Source: a virus (taxonomy: Duplodnaviria; Heunggongvirae; Uroviricota; Caudoviricetes). From it: DNA of 39,153 bases. Location: the IMG/VR virus record IMGVR_UViG_2609459804_000025; one strand, written 5' to 3'. A model generated the notes under the pieces. It searched no databases. It was given only the letters and a program-made list of their open reading frames with translations, and was not told the DNA's origin. This document shows, piece by piece, positions 9,694 through 18,876 of this stretch. Numbering within the stretch: the first letter of the stretch is position 1; every line of letters begins with the position of its first letter. Made by a program: the position numbers and the translations under genes.

Positions 9694-11301
9694 TCAGTAT
9701 GCGCGCTGGAACAGCCCGATGCTTTCATTATCATTTGTCGACGTAATTTCATTACACACCATCCATGAGCCCGGAACTGAGGATAGTATGCCGTCAATGC
9801 CATCGGTGTTAGCTTTCATATAGTTTCCGTTTTCGTCTTTGATTAGGGCGCATCGCTTAAGGCGTGAACCCGATACAGTTTCTCCTGGCTGATAGGTTCT
9901 GCCGATGTCGGTTATATACGGGCCTAGTGCGGCAATAATGTATGTTCCGATGCTGTAAATTTCCCCGGGTACCAGCCTTCCGGTTGGCCCTTGTGGTCCG
10001 GTTTCACCTGTCGGGCCCTGTGGACCTGTCGGGCCCTGTCTTCCTGTTTCTCCCTGCAAACCTCGTGGTCCGGTGTTCCCCTGCGGCCCCGTCGGTCCCG
10101 TCGGCCCCGTCGGCCCGGCAGGTCCTTGTCGACCCGCTGGCCCCTCGGCCCCCAGTTCCTTCCAGTCCGTCCATGGACCATTTCCGGTGAAATTACCGTT
10201 GACAGCCCTGACAAACTTCCTGATGGGGTTCCATGTAGTGTATTCCTGTTGACAGAAACCCCAGGCTCCCATTTTCACGGACAGGTATCCCGCCTGTTCA
10301 ACGGGGTAGTGCATGGCGGTGGTTGCATCTTTATTGGCCGACTGATAGTAATCCCCGTGGTGTTCTGGTTTTCCCAGTGTATTGAGATCAACGGTCAGCG
10401 CGGTATATTTCGCCTTCTGTGCTCCGCTTTGTGTTGACTGTTGAAGTTGTTGTACGGTCTGGTTTGTGGCATTGATTTGTTGCTCCAGTGTTGAGGCTTT
10501 CTCACTTGCTGCCTGTGCACTCTGTTTAGCCTGTTCAGCCAGTTTTTCGGCTTCAGTGGCTTTCTGCATGGTGAGCTGGACTGCCTTTGGTGTTGCAGCG
10601 GCGTTTTCGGCGGCGCTGCCCGTTTCGCTGCTCAGCCGGACGATGCCTTTCTGGCTGGTCGTGGCGTCAGTGACTGAAGATTTTTCATTAATCATTCCTT
10701 TCAGCGTTTTGATGGCCTTAGAGGTTGCGGCTGTTTCTTCGCTGTCACTGTCGGTGGCACTGCTCAGTTGCACAAATCCCTTTGTGCTTGTGGATGCAGA
10801 CTGGTGGGTGCCGCTTTTTTCATGTTCTTTGATGGCCTGATCCAGAGCGGCTTTTGTGACCATGACAACTGACTGATCCAGTTTAATATTCAGCGCAGAA
10901 ATATTACTCAGGAGAATAACCATCCTGAATACCTGCTCCCGACCTGAACCTTCCTCCAGCTTCGGTTTGTAACCTTCTGCTACGTTGCCAACAGCAATCA
11001 GGGCACCTTCATCATCGAATAACCCAATCTCCCTCACCCAGAAGCCGCCCTGGTCAGCAGGAATAACCAGCTCTGCGGTGACAAAGCTTTCATTCTCCGC
11101 ATCCTGTGTGATGCTGGAGATATTCCCTTCCCAGACTTTTTTCACCAGTTGTTTTTGCCCTTCTGATGGCTCCACTTCCTGGCCGTTGCCGTCGCCCACC
11201 TGCATCTTTGCCAGGGTGACTTTTTTTCCACCGGGCTTCAGGGCTTCGGCCAGCTTCCGGCGGCCCTCAGTGGTGATAATGGTTTTGTATTTCTGTGTCA
11301 T
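9694..11301 (-). CDS. H: tail fibre protein H with collagen-like GXY repeats
   Basis: 535 aa from [18 protein letters not shown] (ATGA overlap with I stop); conserved P2 gpH-like N-terminus, Ser/Thr/Ala-rich repeats ([12 protein letters not shown]), then about 60 aa of uninterrupted Gly-X-Y triplets ([22 protein letters not shown]...). Confidence 0.88.
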   Translation of the reverse strand: MTQKYKTIITTEGRRKLAEALKPGGKKVTLAKMQVGDGNGQEVEPSEGQKQLVKKVWEGNISSITQDAENESFVTAELVIPADQGGFWVREIGLFDDEGALIAVGNVAEGYKPKLEEGSGREQVFRMVILLSNISALNIKLDQSVVMVTKAALDQAIKEHEKSGTHQSASTSTKGFVQLSSATDSDSEETAATSKAIKTLKGMINEKSSVTDATTSQKGIVRLSSETGSAAENAAATPKAVQLTMQKATEAEKLAEQAKQSAQAASEKASTLEQQINATNQTVQQLQQSTQSGAQKAKYTALTVDLNTLGKPEHHGDYYQSANKDATTAMHYPVEQAGYLSVKMGAWGFCQQEYTTWNPIRKFVRAVNGNFTGNGPWTDWKELGAEGPAGRQGPAGPTGPTGPTGPQGNTGPRGLQGETGRQGPTGPQGPTGETGPQGPTGRLVPGEIYSIGTYIIAALGPYITDIGRTYQPGETVSGSRLKRCALIKDENGNYMKANTDGIDGILSSVPGSWMVCNEITSTNDNESIGLFQRAY

Positions 11302-12017
11302 GGTTCCTCCGGTGCCGGTTTTACGATGGTCGTTGTGCCGTCGTATGTTGTTCCGGCTATACAGATAGCGGCTTGTGCGGCGCACGGGGACGGTATCTCC
11401 GTATCCGGTTTAACCCGGGTTATGTCACTGTCGTAAATCGCGCCAGCACAATAAATTTCTCCTCCGGTAATGCAGGGGTTCGGCAGTGTTGCGTCCGGAT
11501 ATACCTGTATGATGTCTCCGCTATGACTCACTGCCCCGGTAAAGACTTCCCCTTTTGCAATGTATGTCAGCCTCAGTGCTTTCAGGTGACGGCTTACCGG
11601 CTTCGCCAGCGCAATCATGCGCTCCATTTCCTGATAGGTCGCCTCTGTCAGGGCTGCATGTGTAACATCGATGTTGAGACGAAAACTGCCTGGAGGGTCG
11701 CCGTTTTCCCACCACTCTGTAATGCTCAGCAGCGCGCCGAACGGGGCAATAGCTCTTCTCATGGCGCTGATGGTCCCCTTATGACGGTGAACCATCCACG
11801 ACTCGCGTATAACGTCCCGGCGAGTCTCTTCCGTCCATGCCTTATCCCATCTGTCCACTGAAAGCGTCCATGCGAGCCATGGCAGCAGTACTTCAGGGCA
11901 TTCGTCCGCATTCCACAGGGTGTTAAGTTTCACCGGCAGCTGGCTGATTTTTTCCCCGGAGCGATCAACGGTTTTCAGAAAAACACTGGCAGACGGCGGA
12001 AGCACCGTTTTACTCAT
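11298..12017 (-). CDS. I: baseplate assembly protein I
   Basis: 239 aa; N-terminal 170 aa P2 gpI-like ([22 protein letters not shown]); a C-terminal extension with CxxG repeats is not present in P2 gpI. Confidence 0.85.
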   Translation of the reverse strand: MSKTVLPPSASVFLKTVDRSGEKISQLPVKLNTLWNADECPEVLLPWLAWTLSVDRWDKAWTEETRRDVIRESWMVHRHKGTISAMRRAIAPFGALLSITEWWENGDPPGSFRLNIDVTHAALTEATYQEMERMIALAKPVSRHLKALRLTYIAKGEVFTGAVSHSGDIIQVYPDATLPNPCITGGEIYCAGAIYDSDITRVKPDTEIPSPCAAQAAICIAGTTYDGTTTIVKPAPEEP

Positions 12018-12906
12018 CGGTCCCCCCGGCGCGAATCTCTGTGGCGGAGCATCGCGCCGCCTGTGTTTCGCTGATCACCAGATCCTTCGCTGGTTGTGTT
12101 AACTCCACCCGCTGAACTCCGGGCACATGCAGGGCCGCCATGATGGCTGAACGGGCAACGTCACGACCAATTCTTCGCTGCTCTGCCAGCCACGCCTCCA
12201 GTTGTGCCCGTGCGGCCTGAAGTATGGGTTCTGATTCCGGCCCCGGGTAAAAATAGAGTGTCGCATCAATCTTGTAGCTGATGATTTCCGCGCTTTTCAC
12301 CGTCAGTCTGTCCGCCACGGGGCGAACTGTTTCGTCGTTCAGTACGGCTTTCACTTCGTTAATCAGTGCTTCGTTCGCCGTTCCGTCTCCGTCGGCTGAA
12401 AGGAGCGCAACCACAACTTCCGCCGGTGCCGGGCTGGTTGCTCTGGCATCTGCCACTTTTCCGCTTGCGCTGCGTGCAAAATACTCATATGAGCCGGAAG
12501 GCCCGGCAACACTCATCCCTTCAAAGGCGCTCTGTATGCGCATCCGGAACGCGGCGTCACTTTCCATTACCGCCGGTGTGGTCTCCGTTGCTTCGGTGAT
12601 AACCAGGCGCTGCACATTCATGTTTGCACCCAGATTGTCAAGATCGCTTCCTGATGAATGACTCAGCATACAGGCCGCTGCGCCATCATTGATTCGCTGC
12701 CGCAGTAACAGCTCCCGCCATGCCATAGCCTGAGCGATGATGTTCAGTGGTTCTGACTCCAGTTCAAGGGCTGCCGCCACTTCATCGCGCATGGCTTCCG
12801 GAAAGACGCTAATCATGAATGTCTTTGTCTGTGCCAGAATCACTTCATAATCCAGCGATTCAATGATCGCCGGTTGCGGCAGCTGGGATAAATCAATTGT
12901 CGGCAT
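12010..12906 (-). CDS. J: baseplate assembly protein J
   Basis: About 298 aa from MPTIDLSQLP, matching the P2 gpJ N-terminus (MPIIDLNQLP); baseplate_J family features. Confidence 0.9.
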   Translation of the reverse strand: MPTIDLSQLPQPAIIESLDYEVILAQTKTFMISVFPEAMRDEVAAALELESEPLNIIAQAMAWRELLLRQRINDGAAACMLSHSSGSDLDNLGANMNVQRLVITEATETTPAVMESDAAFRMRIQSAFEGMSVAGPSGSYEYFARSASGKVADARATSPAPAEVVVALLSADGDGTANEALINEVKAVLNDETVRPVADRLTVKSAEIISYKIDATLYFYPGPESEPILQAARAQLEAWLAEQRRIGRDVARSAIMAALHVPGVQRVELTQPAKDLVISETQAARCSATEIRAGGTDE

Positions 12907-13261
12907 CCTTCCCTCCCTGTATATCAACGGAAATACTGGCGCTCTGCATGGTGCTTACAATCAGATAGCTCATGGATAACACTGCGCTGCCATTGTTTCT
13001 CCACGTCAGGTCCACGCTGTTTATGGCAACGCGTGGCTCCCATCGTGTAATGGCGATCACGGCGGCACTCATACAGCGCAGTCTGGTTATTTCATTTGCC
13101 GGACTGTCAAGAAGAACGGGCAGGTTGCTGCCATACTCGCGCCGCATAACACGCGAACCTTCCGGTGTCAGGATAATATCCGTGATTGACTGGTTCAGAT
13201 GGTCGATGTCTGTCAGCGTTCCGTAGCCTGCGTGATTCATGCCTGTGTAGCCGGTACTCAT
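12893..13261 (-). CDS. W: baseplate wedge protein W (GPW/gp25 family)
   Basis: 122 aa; MSTGYTGMN...I.DIL.TP.GSRVMRR.YGS resembles P2 gpW; ATGA overlap with V stop. Confidence 0.9.
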   Translation of the reverse strand: MSTGYTGMNHAGYGTLTDIDHLNQSITDIILTPEGSRVMRREYGSNLPVLLDSPANEITRLRCMSAAVIAITRWEPRVAINSVDLTWRNNGSAVLSMSYLIVSTMQSASISVDIQGGKDADN

Positions 13262-13839
13262 TGTGGGCCTCCGCTCGTATCGCTACCGCTCTTCACTCCG
13301 CTGTGTACGTGGGTGTGTACGGTGATGCCGTTTGATTCGAGGCTGCCGCCACTGTGTTTCACGTTGCCTTTCATTGTTCCGCCGCTGGTCAGCTCGAATG
13401 TCTTTGTCTTCAGCAACTGCGTACATTCCACCTTTGGCGCGTCCAGCGTGATACTGGTTTCAGCCGTAATGGTTGCGGTTTTTATACCTCTGGCCGTCAG
13501 GCTGCTTTCCTGTGCGTTATAGCGAAATTCCGCACCGTCCGGCGCGGTAATGACCATTTCGTTTTCCAGCGATCCCGGTGGCGGGTTGTCGTTGCTGTAC
13601 AGACTTCCTGCGCTGACTGCGGTTTCCGGATTGCCGCCCGGGCATAGGAGAAACACCTGTTCGTCCGGTGATGGGGGGATCCAGATTTTAAATTTTCCGG
13701 CCCGCCCGCTGTTCCATCGGATCCAGTTTGTGGTCAGGCCGCCGGTCTGCACACGCACCTCCCAGGTGTCGGTGTTGATTTCCGTAACCACACCAATCCG
13801 CACAATGTTTTCCAGCAGACGCATAAGCTCGATGTTCAT
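13258..13839 (-). CDS. V: baseplate spike/assembly protein V
   Basis: 193 aa; P2 gpV-like (VQTGG..T.W..W...RAG, TLD.P.VECT, GG.L.SNG...HTH.H). Confidence 0.9.
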   Translation of the reverse strand: MNIELMRLLENIVRIGVVTEINTDTWEVRVQTGGLTTNWIRWNSGRAGKFKIWIPPSPDEQVFLLCPGGNPETAVSAGSLYSNDNPPPGSLENEMVITAPDGAEFRYNAQESSLTARGIKTATITAETSITLDAPKVECTQLLKTKTFELTSGGTMKGNVKHSGGSLESNGITVHTHVHSGVKSGSDTSGGPQ

Positions 13840-14471
13840 TTCGCTGCTTTCCCCAGTCCGGCAATCACGGTTTCTGTGATTTGCTGTTTGTCTTTTTCGT
13901 TCAGGCCCAGCAGCTCGCGCACGGGGTATTTCGTGGCGTTCCCGGGTGATACCAGGCCCACCTCACCGAACTGGTGCACTCTGGCAATACGCGCGGCCCG
14001 GCCCTGAAAGCCGACACTTACGCCGTTTGTGTCGGGGATGATTCTCAGAAAGCGTGCTGTTCTCAGCTTTTCGAACATAGGTGAGCGACGTGATGCTCTT
14101 GCTGCGACGCGCTGTGTGTTAATTTCCAGGTAGTCCCCGATGTCTGCCTTGTAAAACGTCCTGATCCCCCCGGCGTCTGTATCGTAGCCGGTGATTTTCT
14201 GCCCGAAACATCCCTGTGACGTGCTCCAGTTTTTCAGGTTTCTTACCTGGCCGTCCTTCCAGATAAACTTCACGCCTTTTTGTATGCGCATGATGCGGCG
14301 TTTTCGTTTCTCCCATGGCTGGCCTTCCGGGGATACCTGGCTTCTGATGCGTTTTGTCTGTAGCTGTCGGACGACCTTACCCACGCTCATTGCCGTGCGC
14401 TGAATTCCGGCTGCCGACAGGCCGGAAAGAATATCCTGAAAGATGACATCCAGTTCGCGGTCCGCTCTCAT
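13836..14471 (-). CDS. S: tail completion / virion morphogenesis protein S
   Basis: C-terminal RIARVHQFGEVGLVSP...YPVRELLGLN matches the phage virion-morphogenesis family (P2 gpS); start at 14471 gives an ATGA overlap with the R stop; the track start is 14498. Confidence 0.82.
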   Translation of the reverse strand: MRADRELDVIFQDILSGLSAAGIQRTAMSVGKVVRQLQTKRIRSQVSPEGQPWEKRKRRIMRIQKGVKFIWKDGQVRNLKNWSTSQGCFGQKITGYDTDAGGIRTFYKADIGDYLEINTQRVAARASRRSPMFEKLRTARFLRIIPDTNGVSVGFQGRAARIARVHQFGEVGLVSPGNATKYPVRELLGLNEKDKQQITETVIAGLGKAAK

Positions 14472-14938
14472 GTGCTGGTCTCCGTTCCGGTTCGCCACGT
14501 CATGTCTTCAAACACTACGCGCCATGCTTCCAGTGCCCGGCTTATCGGGGGCTCACCGATGTGCTCTGCCGTCACCGTGCCGTCGTCATTACGGCGCACA
14601 ATCACGCGCTCCCATACCGGGATTTCCAGCAGGATATCGGCACTGTCGTCATCGTTGATGGCCGTCGAAAATTTGATGCTTTTGTTCTTCTCCGGATTGA
14701 GAAGAAGATCCGGCTGATTCCTGTACAGCCACGCCATGACCGGCAGCATGATGTTGTCGATACTTTCTGTGAAGTCCATGACGAACAACACCAGGTTGTA
14801 GCGGTACAGGAATGAGGGGGATTCACCGGTGGTTTCAATGCCACCCGATTCAATGAATACCGTGAATTTTTCCGGGCTGGCCTTACACCACCGGCAGTTG
14901 CTGGTCAGAGCTTCGCGTAATGAATTCAGTTTCAGCAT
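14468..14938 (-). CDS. R: tail completion protein R
   Basis: 156 aa, P2 gpR-like size and position directly upstream of S with coupled stop/start. Confidence 0.85.
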   Translation of the reverse strand: MLKLNSLREALTSNCRWCKASPEKFTVFIESGGIETTGESPSFLYRYNLVLFVMDFTESIDNIMLPVMAWLYRNQPDLLLNPEKNKSIKFSTAINDDDSADILLEIPVWERVIVRRNDDGTVTAEHIGEPPISRALEAWRVVFEDMTWRTGTETST

Positions 14939-15035
14939 AAAACACCGTAGAACGTGTTGCGTGTGGCAATTAAAAATCTCAAAATTAAATGGCTTTTAAT
15001 TCGGGTTCTTTCTTGCTCACCTTTCCCCTCTTGCA

Positions 15036-15062
15036 CCCTCCGTATACCGGAGGGTTTTTTGT
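15036..15062 (+). terminator. strong intrinsic terminator oriented for + strand transcription, located between - strand genes
   Basis: ccctccg-tatac-cggaggg perfect 7-bp GC-rich stem followed by tttttt; on the - strand it is preceded, not followed, by the U-tract. Confidence 0.5.
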
Positions 15063-15110
15063 TTCTTTTGCTGTGGACAGTGGTGCCGTTCTGATGCGCT
15101 GTGCCTGTTG

Positions 15111-15275
15111 TTATGGCAATACCCCGTTGACCGCTCCGCCAGCTGATTTCCTGGCGGCTGCTTCATCTATCTTTTTGTTCCAGAAATTGCGGACGGCTTT
15201 ATATCCCCCTGAGATCAGATACAGAAGGGATACGGCGGTACTGAAATACAACATTATCTGATGAATAAATCCCAT
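15111..15275 (-). CDS. small hydrophobic protein (54 aa, one predicted TM helix), below ORF-track size cutoff
   Basis: ATG at 15275 preceded by aaggag SD at 7-nt spacing; translation MGFIHQIMLYFSTAVSLLYLISGGYKAVRNFWNKK...; immediately downstream of the esterase gene. Confidence 0.4.
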   Translation of the reverse strand: MGFIHQIMLYFSTAVSLLYLISGGYKAVRNFWNKKIDEAAARKSAGGAVNGVLP

Positions 15276-15339
15276 GGCTTGCTCCTTTTATTTTCCCGGT
15301 TGTCAGCGAGCTTCCCCGCCGGATGGCTGGGAAGCATTG

Positions 15340-17310
15340 TTATGCCGGTGGCTGATTTACGACAACGCTCAGGCTGTCAATCAGTACGGTATAGGTCGGC
15401 CGATACGTGATATCGGTCACGCGTAACGTGTCGTTGGTAACATCGGCTTTTGATGTGGAAAGCATGAACGGTTTTCCGTCCACGCCATCCAGAACCGGTG
15501 TTACCTGGGTGCTGTTGTTTCCCGCAAAACGAAACGCTATGGTGTGCCAGTTGTTATTGAACTGACCAAAGGTTCCCAGTTGTTCGTTTGGCGTTTTGTG
15601 ATACATCAGATTCAGGTTTGCGCTGTCTGTCTGAAGAAAGAATGAGAGCAATAAATTATTTGGATCTGCCCCCAGTAATTTCACATCCTGCGGTAATGCT
15701 GATGTTTTCCAGTACATCGCCATTGCGTACTGGTCTTTTTTCAGCTCACCCTCGATTTTGAATCGGCAACTTACAGTCCCGCCATTTTTCAGAAGGTCAG
15801 CACCATTACCGGCCTTATGCTCCAGATACCAGGTATTGCCTTCCTGTTTGGTCAGTTTCAGGGCTTTTTTCCCTGTTGCTTCCTCATCACCGATCAGCAT
15901 GTCTTTCAGTTGTTTTGGTGTGTTGGCCCCGTTTTTGCCTTCGCTCAGCGTCCAGCCCTGGCTTTCCCGTTCAGGAGATGATGCCAGCAGACTCATGAGC
16001 GTGACCGGCCCCGGTCTGACTGCCGGTTGTTCTGCTTCCGGTGAAGATGGCTTACTGATGCCGCCCGGTGCATCCTGTGATGGTTTTGCCACGCGTTCCG
16101 GCTCTGTACCCGCAATAAATGGCAGCGTGCGGCCGACGTTAAGCAGGATTGCTGACGCCATGCGATCGGCAATAATGCCCCGGCGGGCCCATGAGCTGAA
16201 GTGCGTTCCACGCAGATGGCTTACCCAGTTTCCGCTACTGCGGGATGCGGCACCGTAATAACCCGCTTCCGCAATATCCGGATCTTCTGTCGGCTCGTTT
16301 GTTGGGGTGTTTTTCCCGTACTCATCCGTAACAAAAGGCACAAAAACAATATTCTTCTCAGTGCTGTTTTTGTATCCGCCATACACGGTTGCGTACTGTG
16401 CTTCGTAGGTTTTTTTCCAGTGGTAGGTGGTATCTCCACAAATCCACGGCACGCTTTCAGGGTTGCCCTGGTTGCACTGCTTCGCAACATCGGCCAGGTC
16501 AGCCCGGAACTGCTTCACCATGGCTGTGAAAAGATCTTTATGCTGTGCGGCGTTTTGTTCTTTCTCAAGATCTGCCTCGCCCTGTGTCCAGCAGACGGCC
16601 AGCAGGACGTTTTTCGGATTTTTCGCCAGCGCTGCTTTTGTGCGGCTGATTAAATCCTTGTACAGCGGCGTGTTCGTTCCCCAGCGGCAGGATTTTTCAG
16701 TTGCGCCGCCGATCTCGCTGAATTGCCCCGCATCACCGGTTGTAAAGCCGGAACCGCCACGGCTGCATGGGACCAGAAGGATCCCCGCATTTGCCGGGAT
16801 AAATGGCAGCAGGCGCTTCGCAATGTGCAATCCCTGACTCACACAGCCATGCTGACCTTTGTTCAGGTCGGCTTTCGGGTGGTTGTACTGGCTCATATCC
16901 TGCACGTCATGCAGGCAGTGATCCGCCAGAATGATGTCGTTATAGGCACAAGCTTTTCCGCCCGGGGTTACGGTGCTGCGGCGTGCCAGCTGGCGAATGC
17001 GCGAATCGGGTTTATCGTAACTTTCCGGGAGAGGTAACCCCTCACCGTATGCCATAGAGTTGGACTGACCAGCGCTCACCACAACGTAATACCACTCCGG
17101 TTCGCTGTCGGATGTCGGGGTGATAATGGTGCCTCCCTGGTCATCACTGCCTGAAACCATAGCCTGCATGAGATACCAGGGGACTCCCGGCTCTGATGCA
17201 ATACCGGCATTACCGAGAAGTTCCCAGCCTTCCTGTAACCGCTTGTTAACTTTTTCAGCGAATTCTGCGCGGTTGGTGGCAGTAATCAGTTCAAAGTGTT
17301 TTTTGCTCAT
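15340..17310 (-). CDS. sialate O-acetylesterase-like protein (N-terminal DUF1737-like domain + SASA/SGNH esterase domain with GQSN motif; NanS-p-like prophage cargo)
   Basis: 656 aa; VVVSAGQSNSMAYGEG contains the GQSN catalytic-serine motif of sialate O-acetylesterase (SASA) domains; domain order resembles prophage NanS-p esterases of enterohaemorrhagic E. coli; SD aggag 6 nt upstream of ATG, 3 nt after the lysC stop. Confidence 0.75.
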   Translation of the reverse strand: MSKKHFELITATNRAEFAEKVNKRLQEGWELLGNAGIASEPGVPWYLMQAMVSGSDDQGGTIITPTSDSEPEWYYVVVSAGQSNSMAYGEGLPLPESYDKPDSRIRQLARRSTVTPGGKACAYNDIILADHCLHDVQDMSQYNHPKADLNKGQHGCVSQGLHIAKRLLPFIPANAGILLVPCSRGGSGFTTGDAGQFSEIGGATEKSCRWGTNTPLYKDLISRTKAALAKNPKNVLLAVCWTQGEADLEKEQNAAQHKDLFTAMVKQFRADLADVAKQCNQGNPESVPWICGDTTYHWKKTYEAQYATVYGGYKNSTEKNIVFVPFVTDEYGKNTPTNEPTEDPDIAEAGYYGAASRSSGNWVSHLRGTHFSSWARRGIIADRMASAILLNVGRTLPFIAGTEPERVAKPSQDAPGGISKPSSPEAEQPAVRPGPVTLMSLLASSPERESQGWTLSEGKNGANTPKQLKDMLIGDEEATGKKALKLTKQEGNTWYLEHKAGNGADLLKNGGTVSCRFKIEGELKKDQYAMAMYWKTSALPQDVKLLGADPNNLLLSFFLQTDSANLNLMYHKTPNEQLGTFGQFNNNWHTIAFRFAGNNSTQVTPVLDGVDGKPFMLSTSKADVTNDTLRVTDITYRPTYTVLIDSLSVVVNQPPA

Positions 17311-17313
17311 CGT

Positions 17314-17625
17314 TTACTCCTGATGGGGCGCATCTTGCGCCCGTTCTGCTCTTTGTTTATCCAGCCAGGCGATCGCAGCCTTGTCTGCGTTGCATGTGTC
17401 GAGTGCTTCCAGTAGCCGATCGCTCCATTCAGTCACCCTGTACCATGTCACGGGTATTTCCAGTGCCGGAACCGGGGTCTGCCTTGTCAGAACTGTCGGC
17501 ACCGGCTCGTAAACGAGTCTGGTTTTCAACGTGTGCGGCGTGTTGCTGCAACCGCTCAGTAACAGCAGCGGGAGGATAAGCGCTGGCACACGTGTCGCCC
17601 TGCACGGCTTTTTGCATTTCTTCAC
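17314..17625 (-). CDS. lysC: o-spanin lipoprotein (LysC / Rz1-like), embedded out of frame in the lysB 3' region
   Basis: Lipobox LLLSGC after a basic N-terminus; Pro-rich; overlaps lysB in another frame, the classic Rz/Rz1 arrangement. Confidence 0.75.
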   Translation of the reverse strand: MKKCKKPCRATRVPALILPLLLLSGCSNTPHTLKTRLVYEPVPTVLTRQTPVPALEIPVTWYRVTEWSDRLLEALDTCNADKAAIAWLDKQRAERAQDAPHQE

Positions 17626-17863
17626 GTCGTTGCTCTCCTTCTGTGATCCGTTGCTGGTCCAGAATGCGGATCACGTTTATCACCCTGGAAAAGTCTGTGT
17701 ATGCATGGCGAACTTCCTGCATGGCGGCGCGGTTGTCCTCTATGATGTCCATCATCTGTTCCCGTCCGAGACTTTCCTTCCCTTTGCGGTATGCTTCCCA
17801 GCCTGTCAGGCCACAAAGCAACAGGGTGGCAAGAAACCAGAGCAACACGGCAGGTGTTTTCAT
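17429..17863 (-). CDS. lysB: i-spanin (LysB / Rz-like)
   Basis: About 144 aa from MKTPAVLLWFLATLLLCGL (N-terminal TM anchor, then coiled-coil); ATGA overlap with endolysin stop. Confidence 0.75.
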   Translation of the reverse strand: MKTPAVLLWFLATLLLCGLTGWEAYRKGKESLGREQMMDIIEDNRAAMQEVRHAYTDFSRVINVIRILDQQRITEGEQRREEMQKAVQGDTCASAYPPAAVTERLQQHAAHVENQTRLRAGADSSDKADPGSGTGNTRDMVQGD

Positions 17864-18417
17864 TGCTTCACTCCGTTCATACACCAGTTCCTGAAGTCAT
17901 TGCGCCGGTTAAACAGCCCCTGTGAATAGCGTCCGCCGCTGTTCACAAAATCCGTCAGCCTGCCGCACATTGCGCTCCAGTTCTTTCCCTGAGCGAACTT
18001 CCAGATGGTTGTTCTGTGCATCCTCCCGTCACGCCCCTTAAACCACATCAGGCCTTTGCACCCCAGATTAAAGGCAGCATCCGTCATTGCCTCAAAGTGG
18101 CGTTGTGGCATGTCGCGGCCATTGAAATTCTGATTGATGCAGTTCTCCGCCCGTCGTAAATCGTTCACCCATCGACCGGCAACTTCCTGTTTGGTATGGT
18201 GGCGGTCGGGGACGTTTCCCGTTGAGCCACAACCCACGGTTTTCACGCCAGCGATATCCCTGTACGGGAATGCCCGACACTCTTCCCAGGTGGCAATTTT
18301 TTCCTGTGCCTCCTGTGAGGTTCTCAGCTCCCCGGGGGCCAGCGAAAAACCCAGCGCCACGATGGCGGCAACGGCATAGCGTTTAATCTGTCCTGGCATG
18401 TGATTCCCCGTCTGCAT
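17860..18417 (-). CDS. K: SAR-type endolysin (GH24 phage lysozyme)
   Basis: N-terminal weakly hydrophobic Gly/Ala-rich segment (YAVAAIVALGFSLAPG) then E...FPYRDIAGVKTVGCGSTG lysozyme catalytic region resembling P21 R-type SAR endolysins; alternative start at 18399. Confidence 0.85.
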   Translation of the reverse strand: MQTGNHMPGQIKRYAVAAIVALGFSLAPGELRTSQEAQEKIATWEECRAFPYRDIAGVKTVGCGSTGNVPDRHHTKQEVAGRWVNDLRRAENCINQNFNGRDMPQRHFEAMTDAAFNLGCKGLMWFKGRDGRMHRTTIWKFAQGKNWSAMCGRLTDFVNSGGRYSQGLFNRRNDFRNWCMNGVKQ

Positions 18418-18685
18418 TCAGGGCTTCCAGAGCGCGCTTCTCGCTGCCTTTTAGTGGTCGGTGCTGCATCTGGTCGGCAATGCGTGCAATAAGCTCATTG
18501 CGCCGCTCCTGTGCCTGCTCCATACGTGTTCTGTGCATCCATCCGCGCAGCAGTGAAAGCGCCCCCAGAATCAGTCCTGCCAGCGCCATCTTCTCGCTCA
18601 GCGTCATAACCCCTATACCGGTGACCATGACGGATGTGAAAAACGTAATGTGGTCGTAAATTCTCTGAAACATAATCAATCCCAC
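18383..18685 (-). CDS. Y: holin (two predicted TM segments; probably pinholin partner of the SAR endolysin)
   Basis: 100 aa, two hydrophobic helices then charged C-terminus; position between X and the endolysin as for P2 Y. Confidence 0.65.
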   Translation of the reverse strand: MGLIMFQRIYDHITFFTSVMVTGIGVMTLSEKMALAGLILGALSLLRGWMHRTRMEQAQERRNELIARIADQMQHRPLKGSEKRALEALNADGESHARTD

Positions 18686-18876
18686 AACTGAACGGTTTCG
18701 CGCTGTTTTTCCTGTGTGATTTCCGGTAATTCAACTTCCTGCCCGGCAGTGAGGAATACCGTGTTACTCAGCCCCGGATTGGCAGCCAGAACGCGCTCTG
18801 TCACGCCCTTTGTCATGCCGTAATGACGCTGGCAGAGTAAGTCAACGGTGTCGCCGTCATGCGCGGTTACCTTCAT
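18676..18876 (-). CDS. X: tail protein X
   Basis: 66 aa from MKVTAHDGDTVDLLCQRHYG...VLAANPGL, matching the P2 gpX pattern (MKTFALQGDTLDAICVRYYG...VLAANPGL). Confidence 0.8.
   Translation of the reverse strand: MKVTAHDGDTVDLLCQRHYGMTKGVTERVLAANPGLSNTVFLTAGQEVELPEITQEKQRETVQLWD

Noticed and set aside
9930-10120. Short tandem DNA repeats suggestive of a repeat array or CRISPR
   Set aside because: The periodicity is 9 bp, in-frame, and encodes Gly-X-Y triplets inside tail-fibre gene H; there are no spacer-like unique units.
13840-14040. Exact TGT-N12-ACA late-promoter dyad upstream of V inside the end of S
   Set aside because: Looked for by eye and not found; a degenerate site may exist but I cannot support it from the sequence.
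14989-15261. 90-aa + strand ORF between R and the esterase
   Set aside because: It reads straight through the strong intrinsic terminator hairpin and has no RBS; the - strand 54-aa ORF with an AAGGAG site is the better explanation of coding potential here.
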